A stretch of DNA of 64,000 bases. It comes from Monocercomonoides exilis PA203. Taxonomy: Eukaryota > Protista > Preaxostyla. The notes beneath the pieces are model-generated. The model saw only the letters and a program-made list of their open reading frames with translations, did not search any database and had not been told where the DNA came from. The stretch lies in contig LSRY02000006.1 of NCBI GenBank assembly GCA_001643675.2, positions 1,922,001 through 1,986,000 of the forward strand, read 5' to 3'. Positions 49,661 through 60,800 of the stretch are shown piece after piece. The number at the start of each line of letters is the position of its first letter. Positions within the stretch are counted from its first letter, which is position 1. The position numbers were made by a program, and so were the translations under genes.

Positions 49661-50985
49661 CTAACAAGGACATTTGGACTTTCCATCTTCTTCAGTGCTA
49701 ATAAACATAAGACAAAAAATATTATTTATCACATTTATATTTAAAAATAATTCAAAGTTATATAAAGAATGTTTATGTAATAAAACAAAAGAAATGAAAT
49801 TGCGGAAACCTTTTTGACGTGTCGACTTTCTTTATTTTCGGTCGTGACCTCTCTTCATCCTCAAGTGTAGTGTATGCGGGATGAACATGCTCCTCTTCAT
49901 CTTCATCATCTCCTCGTAATGCGTCTCCTTCTTCGGTTCCTCCACTTCCTGCTCCCTTTGCATCAATTCCTGTTAATGATAAAATCGATCGCACCAATGT
50001 TCTGACAGCTTCGTCTATTTGTGCCAAAACAAGAACATTTTTCCAATGTAAAAAAAATTCCGAAAAACAGCAACAATTAACAATAACATTAATAAATACT
50101 TTAAATTTTTAACAATAATATTTCAAACCAATATTTTTATTTGTACGTGCTGATGTCTCCATCCACCCAACAAAGCCATTTTCTTCAACAAATCTATTTA
50201 AATATTCTCGATCTATTGATACTTCTGGAAGATCACACTGTAATCAAAACAACAGCATATTTCAAAATTCGAACAACATTTTTGCGATCGCAATAATAAA
50301 AAATAAACATTTATCACAATCCCAAACCTTATTTGCAAGAAGCATGAACGGGATAGAACGGCCATCAGCAAGAGATATTCTTGAATTTATATCTTCTTTC
50401 CATTTCAAAGAAGTTTCTAGTGTTTCTGGTCGAGCTAAATCAAATACTATCAGCGATGCTATTGCATGCTTATAATAGACAGAGGTCATATGTCCAAATC
50501 TAAAATTATCGTTCCGATAATTAAAATACTTTTTAAAAAAAGGCAAAAAACCGTTCATGTCCTGCAATATCCCACTTGAAAATAAAAAGCATCACAAATG
50601 CTATTTAGTATTATCAATAAAAAGAACAAACCAACTTTTAGAAAATAAAAAAGGAAATTTCAGAATGAAACATTTATCACAATAAATAAGCAAACCTGCA
50701 ATGAAATTGTAACACCATCACCCCAATCAATAGATTTTTCACAATAGTCAACACCAACTATTCAGTTATAAACAATAATAATCAAGGACTTTGCAACGAA
50801 ATAAATATTAAAGAATCAAACTTGTGAGCTTATAGTTTGTATTAAACACATTACTCACTTACGAAATAGTTAGAACACTACTAAAAATCTGAATCCAAAC
50901 CATATCTTTTGATCAAAGAAGTCTTCCCAACAGCATAATCTCCAACAACAAGCACTTTAAAAAGATACTGTGTGCGCTTCGACAT
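49661..50985 (-). CDS. RAB32: Rab32-family GTPase, Rab32B type (243 aa), 9 exons: 50901-50985, 50822-50857, 50696-50757, 50632-50634, 50552-50574, 50328-50499, 50129-50237, 49810-50014, 49661-49697
   Basis: LFKVLVVGDYAVGKTS, NYKLTIGVDY, LQLWDIAGHERFGHMTSVYY, LLANKCD, ETSAR and a C-terminal CPC prenylation motif. Exon lengths sum to 732 nt. Confidence 0.9.
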
Positions 50986-52083
50986 CACTTGCCACTTTCT
51001 AAAATATGTAAATGCGAAACGTTTTATTAAAATCATATTGGAAATAACGCAGAAATACCTTGATTGCCCCGAAAAAGTGCGTCAAAATGAGTGAGCTGAT
51101 CTGACCCTTAACTATGTAAATTTTTTATTCTTAATGTTGCAAAATGAATGCTTTAAATAATAAAACCACAATTTATCACAAACTTTTCCCGCAATTATGT
51201 AAAAAAAGTTGACATTTTTATGTTTAAAAAAATAAATTAGAAAAATTACAGAAATTTTTGAATGGAAAAAAATTCACGAAGCAAATTTCTTTATCTCACA
51301 TGTATTAAAACACTGCATTCTTTTGTGAAAAAATGGTATTTTTTCCAGAATCAATTTATGAGAATTACTAGTGATTTTTCCTTTGTACTTTTTTCGTTGT
51401 TAAACATATTTTTAAATTCTTCCGTTTTATTCGTCTTCAATTTTTTGCACTTTTTCTTTTTCGTATGTTTGAACTTTTCCATGAATTTATAATCAAAAAT
51501 AAAGATTTTTATTTTTGAAATTGGAATAAATATATAGGTTTGTTGTTTCATAAGAAATTGCCTCGTTACTTGCCTTCCATCAAAATTCTCATGTAAAGTG
51601 TTATTTGTCTGATTAAACATTTCTTTTTATTGTATGTTTTCAACTCCTTCTTTTTTCAATAATTATTTCTATGTGCGGGTAATTATTTTTGAAATCATAC
51701 ATTTTCAATCAAAAATTTCGAACGGAGAAATACACTTGAATTTCAATATAAAAACACCGAAAAATGAAAAAGCTTGAAAAAGACATCTTCATTTTAAAAT
51801 GAGCTAAACCATTTGTTTTTTAAACAGTATTGATAAAATTTCAATTTGAATACAAAAATTCTTCATGAAGACATACAATTGTTGAAATTGCATTACCCCG
51901 GAAAAAGTTATAATTTCAAAAATAATCACCCATGTTTTTAAAGATTGAATATTAATGAAGTTGAATTTTTCTCAGTTTTCACTTCGATTTCAAGGATATA
52001 AACAAATATCATTTTCCTTTTTTGACAATTGATGTTGATGTTTAATTGCAAGTATTTTGATTGCTCATTATCGAATGAATCAA

Positions 52084-52333
52084 TATATGTCAAAATTTTT
52101 TTGAAAAGTTCCTTTTGTTTAATTTTCAAATAAAATGAAAATTTTATATTTCGATCAAATTTCTGTTCCCACTCATCAAATTTTGCTGTCATGAAAACAA
52201 AATCTTGACGATGTTATAATTTTATTTTAAGTGAAGTTTCATAAGTGGGAACAGAAATTTGATCGAAATATAAAATTTTTTCTTTATTTGAAAATTAAAC
52301 TAAAGGAACTTTTCAAAAAAATTTTGACATATA
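52084..52333. mobile_element. MITE-like element, about 90-bp TIRs with a 70-bp spacer
   Basis: 52084-52173 is the reverse complement of 52244-52333 with about 3 mismatches. Ends are TATATGTC and GACATATA, compatible with a TA TSD. Confidence 0.7.
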
Positions 52334-52349
52334 ATCATGTTCCTAACAT

Positions 52350-52350
<1 letters not shown>

Positions 52351-52400
<50 letters not shown>
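52351..52400. repeat. Poly(T) tract, 50 nt
   Basis: Direct count. Confidence 0.95.
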
Positions 52401-52401
<1 letters not shown>

Positions 52402-52789
52402 ACAGGAAATGTCAGTTGAGGAATATTTTTGTCACAATTTGTCATTGATCATCACTGACTGTCTCTGACAAATGAGAAAAAGACAGATATTTCAAATTTT
52501 GTCAACAAATATTTTCCAAAGCTTTTTAAAAAGTGTTGAGAAGATTTTGTTGTTGTTTATTTTAATATTATTTTTAATTGAAAATTCTGTGAAAAAAATA
52601 TTTTTTTTTTCTGTGACAGACAAATAATTTTATAACTTGTCATGTTACAGAGGTTTAGAAAAAAAAACCGTCTAACAATTATTTACAAATTAAAAAATAT
52701 TTCCTGCATTTCCAAATTATTCACAGGAAAGTTTACAAATTATTTGAAAGATTTCACTTCAAATCCCACACTTGTTAACAACAAATTTC

Positions 52790-54200
52790 AAAATCGAAAA
52801 AAGAAATAAAACAAGTCAATGAAAAGAAACGTTTTTGTGAAATTAGGAAAAATGAAAACAAAAATTGTCAATATTTCATCGTCAATTGAAGGAAAACTCA
52901 AGGAAAAACTCATATGCAAGAACGAAAGTTTTTTTAAAGGAAAAAAACAATCATGTCTTCTTCCTCTTCCTCTTTTTGATTTTCTGCAGTTAATCTTCAA
53001 TCTTTTTTTTAATTCATTCATTGTCTTGAGTACTCGTTGATGAGGATAAACTTGCAGAAAGCTTCTTTGCTTCTCTGACAAAATGAGAGGCCATATCTTA
53101 TTTCTGTTGCAATTGTATTTGTTCCTCCAAAACATATTCAATTACACTCTTTTCAAAAAAAATTCCTCTGCTTTCTACACTCTCATTCAAATCGCCCTCA
53201 AAATGGCATAAGCATATTCAAAGAATATTTTGCTTCCACACTTCCTCGTTGTTATGCAAAGCTTCACAATGCACGAAACGGACTTTGTGCGTTCTTTGCT
53301 GTTCATCTGGAAAAGCCAATGACATGTCTCAAGTCTCGTGCACTTCTTCTTTTCAATCTTTTCTTTTAATCATTCTTCATCATTCAGTTTATCACTTGAC
53401 TTTTCACTTTTCTCTTTTTCTGTTCTTCCTGTACTCCTGCTGATTCCTCAAAGAAATGGAGATCACTTACACCAACATTAACTTTATGCAAATTTTTGAA
53501 CAATCAACAAATAAAAGACCTTCAAACAGATTGATACTCAAGGCTAGTCAGGAACTTGTGTTTCTGATGATGTTTGAAAGCTTCTGTTGTCTCATTCAGG
53601 AACATATAAATAAGCGCATATTTCTTTTGATATTATTTCAATATGCATATATGTAAATATATATATTGTTTAAATAATTGAACTCTTCCACATTTCATCA
53701 AAGGCAAAGTTTTAAAACATTGAATTTTAAATTTCAACATCTTTCTGACCTTTTGTTCTTTCTTTTTTGTTTTGTGCAACTTTCAGAAGGCGAGCTATGC
53801 GCTTGAAGAGAACTTTCATTGGTATGCAACATCTCCATAATAATGGAAATAGAAAGCGCTCACAAATGCCAGTAGCCAATTTTTCCTTCCTTTCTTTTGT
53901 TCCCTCCTCTTCTTCTGCAATCATTCTTTTGATGAATTTGCTTGCTGGTGTTTATTGAGTCATTCGGTCCAAGTTTCTAAATGGGATTTGTAATGACAAA
54001 TGTGCCCCAGAAGCATAACATCATTTTCTGTTGATGTGTTCTTTTCTCTCATCGTTTTGCAGAGTTCATTGAAAACATTTTCACAGATGATACTTAAATG
54101 TTCTTGCACATTCATCTTGAAAAGCATCTCTTCACACTTCTTCAATTATCATCTCTAACTTGGAAACATTGAAACTACTCGGATGAAAAAGAGTTTCTGA
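52790..54200 (-). pseudogene. Heavily decayed copy of a lineage-specific helical E/K-rich hypothetical protein family (boundaries approximate)
   Basis: Collinear short fragments (FNELCKTMREKNTSTENDVMLLGHICHYK; MIAEEEEGTKERKEKLATGICE; LLKVAQNKKERTKGQKDVEI) resemble a multicopy family I recall from Monocercomonoides annotations. Many stops and frameshifts. Confidence 0.55.
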
Positions 54201-54820
54201 ATAATCATTTTTTCTTTTCCAACAAAAAGAAAAAATTTCAAAAACAATATCATTGACAAATAAGAAAATAATCGAATCAATATTGATCGAAACAATCCAT
54301 TATTTGTAATGCTTTCTTCAGTTTGGCTCCCCCCTAAAAGAACATTAAAAAAATGTTTGCGTGATATTCAGAAGCCAACAAACAAGCAAAATTAATTATC
54401 AAATGGTAAATTGAAGTTGAAATAATAAAGTATTGGTGTTGTATTTTTTGAAATAAAAACCATTTATAAATGCAAACATAAAAACAAATAAACGATCTTG
54501 AATACATACATATACAACAAATAACATTCAGCTGCAAAAATTATTGCAAATAAAGATATTTTATCACACATATATTGATAAAAACTTGACTATATACAAA
54601 TGAAAAAAAAAATATTTTCTTGCACAAAACAAGACAGAGGTGCTGACACACAAAATAGATTGGAATTACAATAAGAAGGAAAGAAACTGAGAATAAACAA
54701 AACTAATAAAAACAAAAAACAAAAAAAAACACAAAATAGACTTAAAAAATTTAATGAATACTCAATTCGAAACAATACAATATTTTTTTATTCTCTTCCA
54801 AATTCAATCAATCAACCAAT

Positions 54821-57800
54821 TCATCCACTCTTTCTGTTTTCTCCTGTGTTTGGTGTTGCCATTGAAGCAGCTGTTGCTGAAGAAGTCGTGGTGGTTGTGT
54901 TTGTTGTTGTTATTGCTTGTTGGATGATTGTCCCTTCCTTTTCATCATTTGTTTCACTTTCTGAGCTCTCAGCATATGCAATCGCATCTGAGGCTGTCAC
55001 CACTGCTGCATTCGCTGGAAACCGCTGGATAAACTCTCGCTTCAGCCCAGCCAGCGTGGGCCGTTGTTCCGGAACTGCTGAAAGGCACTGGCCAACCACT
55101 GTGCTCAGACTTCCCGTGCTCTTCACATCCTTCCTCGGTCTCTCCCCATTCACAATCTTCTGCCCCGCCACCTCTGCCTCATACTCCCCAAACGGGATCT
55201 CCAGCGTCAAGCACTCCCACAGCATCATCCCAATCGAGAATGCCACCGACTCCTTCGTTGTTCCCATGTTTTTGTTGATCAACAATTCTGGCGCCTTCCA
55301 CCTCAAGCACTCCTTCCTGAAATCATCCTCATCCTCAAAAGCTGATGAGGGAAGGGAGTCATCATCATCATCACTTGCAGATGTCACAACTGTTGTTGAT
55401 GAGATCGATGATGAAGTGTCTGAGTCTGATGAGCAGTCGGAGTGGAGGGCAATGCAGATCACCATGTGTTCTGAGAAAAGAACAATGTGAGGACTCAGAT
55501 TGGCCAGTGAAGATAATCCGTTTTCCATCTCATCAAAGGAGTGAAGTGCAAGATTGGCCACCCAGAACAGGATTTGGGCAGCTGTCTGCTCTCTTTGTTG
55601 AAGACTTCCAATCGCCATCTCTTTCTTCTCATTCCTCCCATGAAGCAGCATGAACAGCGAATCCCTCAGATCCACAATCAGCTTCTCATGAGGAGACGAA
55701 CAGGCCATTGCATCCACCAGATTAGACATAGATGAAGTGGTTGGGCACAGATCCTCCCCTCGAACAAATGTGGAATCTGAATCAGTTGTTGAAGTGGTTG
55801 AGGTGGATGAGATGGAAGGTGATGGTGTTCTCTTCCTTATCTCTTCTTCGTCAACCTTTTCTAATGCCCAATCAGGAATCTTGTCTGAGTCCTTTCCCAA
55901 GATGTATTCTGTGGAGCCACTCTCGCTCAAAAGATACTCTTCAGACTCCGAATGCACCATCTCCTTTCCATTCATTCTCTTCTTGATCCTCTCTTCATTC
56001 TTCTTCTCTACCTCCTCTCCTCTCCTCCACTGCTCCTCAGGCGACATCTCCATCGTCACCATCTCAAATGCCTTTGGATCTTTTCTGATGTTATCATTCA
56101 CAATCTCTCTCAGATCTTTATTCTCATTTTTAGCTTTTCTCCATTGAACAATGAATATTATTGAAATAACAAGAACAAACAACAAAATCACAACAAGCAC
56201 AATCGCAATCAACATCCAATAAGATTTTCCTTCTTTTCCTCTTTCCGCCACTTTATCATTTCCAGTCTTTGATTCTGTTTTGTTCTTCAGAATCTGCTGA
56301 GAAGTTGCAGCCAATTGCTTTTCAAACAAAATCATCACTGACACCTCCGTTTCGTCTGCAATCGTTGAAATATTTTCTGATGGAACTCTTCAAATCACTT
56401 CGGTCTCTGATACAAAACTGTCTTCCTCAAAAGGATATGTCTCAACCAACTCCACATCCCCTGTTTTGAATATCAATCTGAATGACAAGTCACAAGGAAG
56501 AAGAAGTGATCTCTTGAAATTCAATTCAATGTTGCTTCCACTTTCATTCACAGAAACTTCTTCCAGTCTGGGAATGAACAAAGGCGATGATCTTTCACCT
56601 GCAATTCCACCGAGTGTGCATCCATCATTCAAAACCCACATTGATGAGTCATCCTTCACTCCATCTCCTCCTTTCAAGCTCGAAATGGTCAGTGAAGCAG
56701 AATCTGAACAAATAATATTCTGCCGAAGAGAAGGATATTTTTCAATGAATGGGTTGTTGTTCTCAAACTTTCCTTCAATTATTGTCACACTCCCTCCATT
56801 CACTGACAATCCCCCTTTCCCACTTTCCCGAATCCTCGTATCCTTCATCACAACCTTGCTCCTCTCAATCCTAACCATCGATCCATTCCACTTGCATGTC
56901 CTTTCTCTTTCCTCTCTTTCCTCCTTCTCATTCATTTCATTCATCTCCATTAATTTTCTTTCTTCATCTGTCCTGTCCACTCCTCCACACACATCACACA
57001 TTTCAATCCTCACATCCTCACAACTGCTCAATAAAACAACTCCTCCCTTCTCTCTTCTACTCTCACACCCACTGAACGTGTAGTTTGAAAGATTCCCATC
57101 TCCGCACTCTCTCATCGCCATCACACTCCACTCCCCCATAATTGTGACATTCTCCATCCTCACTTCTTTCACACCCACTCTCGCATCCCTTTCCACAATA
57201 ACCACATCTCCCTCTGATTCCACATCCCAAATCTTCGTCTCATCCATCACAACAAGTGATTCTCCACAGAACACCACTAATCTGCCACAATGATGGATGC
57301 GTCTGATTGTGCATCTCACCATCTCCATCTCTCCTCCCTCCACCCCAACAACTGTGTTCTTCAACCTCTTTCCCATCCCACTGGCTAAACTCTCAAATGA
57401 ACATTCATTCATCACCATCCGCCACTCCTTCACTTTCACAACATATTTGTGTGTGCTCTCAAACATCTCTCCAAACACTAACAAACATCTCTCCACCACA
57501 TTTTCATTCACAAACACCATAATGCTCCGCTCCTCACCTCTTTCCTCCATCTTCTTCTCAAAATGCACTGTTGCCTTTTCCCTTCTCATCGATACCATCC
57601 TCACATCTCCGATTACGCATTCCTCTCCCATCATCCCTTCTTCATCAATCCATATTGTATTCCCTATGGTTCGTTGAATATGTTGCACAGCATTTCCAAT
57701 GGTTTCACACGGATTATTCTGTGCTCCACACTGTCTGTTGTCACTCCCACTTACACACACAAACACCTGTGCAGAATAATAGAATGTGATCAACGGAATC

Positions 57801-60800
57801 AGATCAAGATCAACTTTCCCTTCTCCATCGCTCCCACACATCGAGTTTTCCCCCTTCAACGCTTCCTGGCTGAAGTCCAGTTCAAACAGTCTTTCATTCA
57901 GCTGCGAGTCAATCGAATCACATCGTATAAACACATCCTTCCCTACAAATGCATCATTCATCATGAATCGGATGTTCTCCAATCTCAGCCCAAGTGATGG
58001 TATTTTTGTATTAGCGTGTTTCACATTCGGATCAAATGCATCAATCATCATCCCTCCTCCCCTTCCATTCCCTGTTGAACACACACACATCCCAAATAAA
58101 CACCCACTCACCTTCACCTCCGACTCTCCTCTCTTCATCATCATCTTCATCCCTCCTCCTTCCAAGCTCCTTTCACTCATGCACTTCGTCAGCACACACC
58201 CTTCAATCACACACTCCATTCCACATGAGAACGATCCTGCACTCATCACGCATGCCCTGTTATCAAAACATGTGATGTACGTGAACGAGGAGCTGTTCAC
58301 TTTCACTGTTTGTTTTGTGTTCTCCATTGCATTGTTGATCAGCATATTTGTTGCGGATGACTGACTCAGTGACATCAGACTGCTTTCAGATATCGTTATG
58401 TTCGATATCGATATGTTCATCACATCAATCACTTCCACGTCTGGTGTAAACTCTAAAACCCCTTTTGCTAGATTGAATTGAGAAAGGGTGCTATCCGCTA
58501 TCACCACACTCCCTCCATCTGCTTTTATCAGACAATATTTCGTTTCCTTTGTTGATTCCTCACAAACAAATGAGCACCTCAGGATTGAAAGTGATGTTGG
58601 TGAGGATGACAACAATTGAATGAGTGATGAATGACTCCCCAATTCATTTGGCAGAGAAAATGATAGGTTCGTGAATGAAGCAACAACATTCGACGTAATC
58701 ATTCCTCCTCCTTCTTCTTTGCCTTCGTTTCTTCCACCCTCACTCACTTTCATATCTGTTCCTTCTCTCTCTCCATCAATTGACACAACTGGAGTTATTG
58801 ATAACAATGTTGATGATAAAAATGAAATAGATTTTCGAAGAGACCCTAATCCAACAATCTTGATGTGCGATTCGCCTTCTCCAAGTGGTTCATATCTCAG
58901 CGATATCAATTTATCAATTGATGAGCATGGTGCTTCTGAATATCCACACCCACGGAAGTCTCTTCCTTTCTCTCTCGAAACAAACCCATCTCCACTCCAA
59001 TTACTCCACAAATACGCAACCAATGGAATCACTATCCCTCTTCTCCTGTCGTCTTCCTCTCCCATCCACACAGCTCATTCAATGATCCCAACTCCCCTTC
59101 ACTCATCTCCCATTTGAAGTGCTCCTTGTTCACACACTCTCTCAGAACCCATCCTGAAACAAACATGTTCTTCCCTTTCCAAGCATTGCATTGACTGAAT
59201 ATCATTCCTTCGAGCACAAATGATCCCATTTGATCAGGCAGTTCAGCGAATACCCCTCCTCCAATTCCCTTTCCTCCATCCTCAACATCCTCTGATGGCA
59301 CTTCACATTCAGACAAATTCACATTTTTCATTTCCAAACTTCCTCCACTTCCAACTGATATCATCATCCCTCCTCCTTTCATCTCACTTCCACCTGAGCG
59401 GATCGAGGACAAATTGCTCAAATCAATTTTCACACTTCCTCCTTCCTTCATCCCAACATTCAAACATCCCCCATCTTCTCCTATCACTTCCACCTGCCAC
59501 ATTCACTTCCACTCCACTCACTCTGCTGTTCAAAATCTCCAACTGAGCTCCATTTGTCATTGATATTGGTGATTTTCCATTCATTATCAGTGTTACTCCA
59601 CTTTCCATCACAAATCCATCAACAATCAACACTCCTCCCTCAATATTTATCACATTGCATCCTATCTTTCCATCGGTCAATGCCCCACTTTCAAATGAGA
59701 CTGAACAGTTCGATATGTTGAGTGTTGATGTTGAGTGAATGAATGCACTTCTCCTTGATTTCATCTGACCTTTCACAACAAATGAAAGTCTCCTCATTGT
59801 CAGTGAACTCGAACATCCAACAAGATAATCTTGTGTGTGTGATGCTCCATCACTCACATTCACTTGCATCATCTCCTCTGATGATGATGATGTTGTTCTG
59901 CCTGAAATACTCACATCAAATGAAGAAAATTCAATTTCATCCTTGATGGAAGAAGCTGAGATAATCTCCATTTCATTCTCAGTGCTGCTTATTCTCGAGT
60001 TTGCACAATAATCAACTGTCAAACAGCCAAACCCTTCAAATCCACAATGATTGTGATCCATCCCATTTCCCCCACTCCCATCAACAATTATTTTCGTTTC
60101 CAACGAATGAAAATACACAAACAGTGGAATCACTCCACTTTCTTCCCCATTTTCACTCCCACTCAGTTTCAACACATCTGATGGAATGGTGCTTGTGTCA
60201 AAAAAGGCAAATGTGTCTGTATTCACTTTTGATTCCAAAAACACACCATTCCCACAATGAACAAACACATCCTTCCCATATGAGGCCATATCCTCATTCA
60301 CTTTCGAAAACTCAACATTCTGCCCAATTGTCAATCCACATTCCCCTCTCTCCATCTCCACAAACATCCTTTCACCTCTCCCTCCATTTCCTCCTCTCCC
60401 TCCATTATTCTCTGCCTTGCATCCATCAATCGCACTCCTTCCATTCACCACAACTTCCCCATCACCTGTCAAGTAAACACAAATTCTTCCCCCATTTCCT
60501 TCCTCACACTCACAATTCTCAATTGTTGTGTTGCTCATCACAAATATCTCTCCTTCCTTCACGCTCTTTGCCATCACCACTCCATCTCCTTCTGTTGTCT
60601 GATTCACATTCCGAATTGTCACATTCGCTAACATGCTCTCTCCTTGTACAGATTCTTCTGTTGATGGCTCCACGAACAGAAGTTGACTCATTTTCATATT
60701 TTCTATCTTCACATCAATCATCTGCAGCTGATTCAGCGCAACCACAAATACAAATGACGATATAGCATTCGTTTCAACAATACTGGATGAAATCAACACA

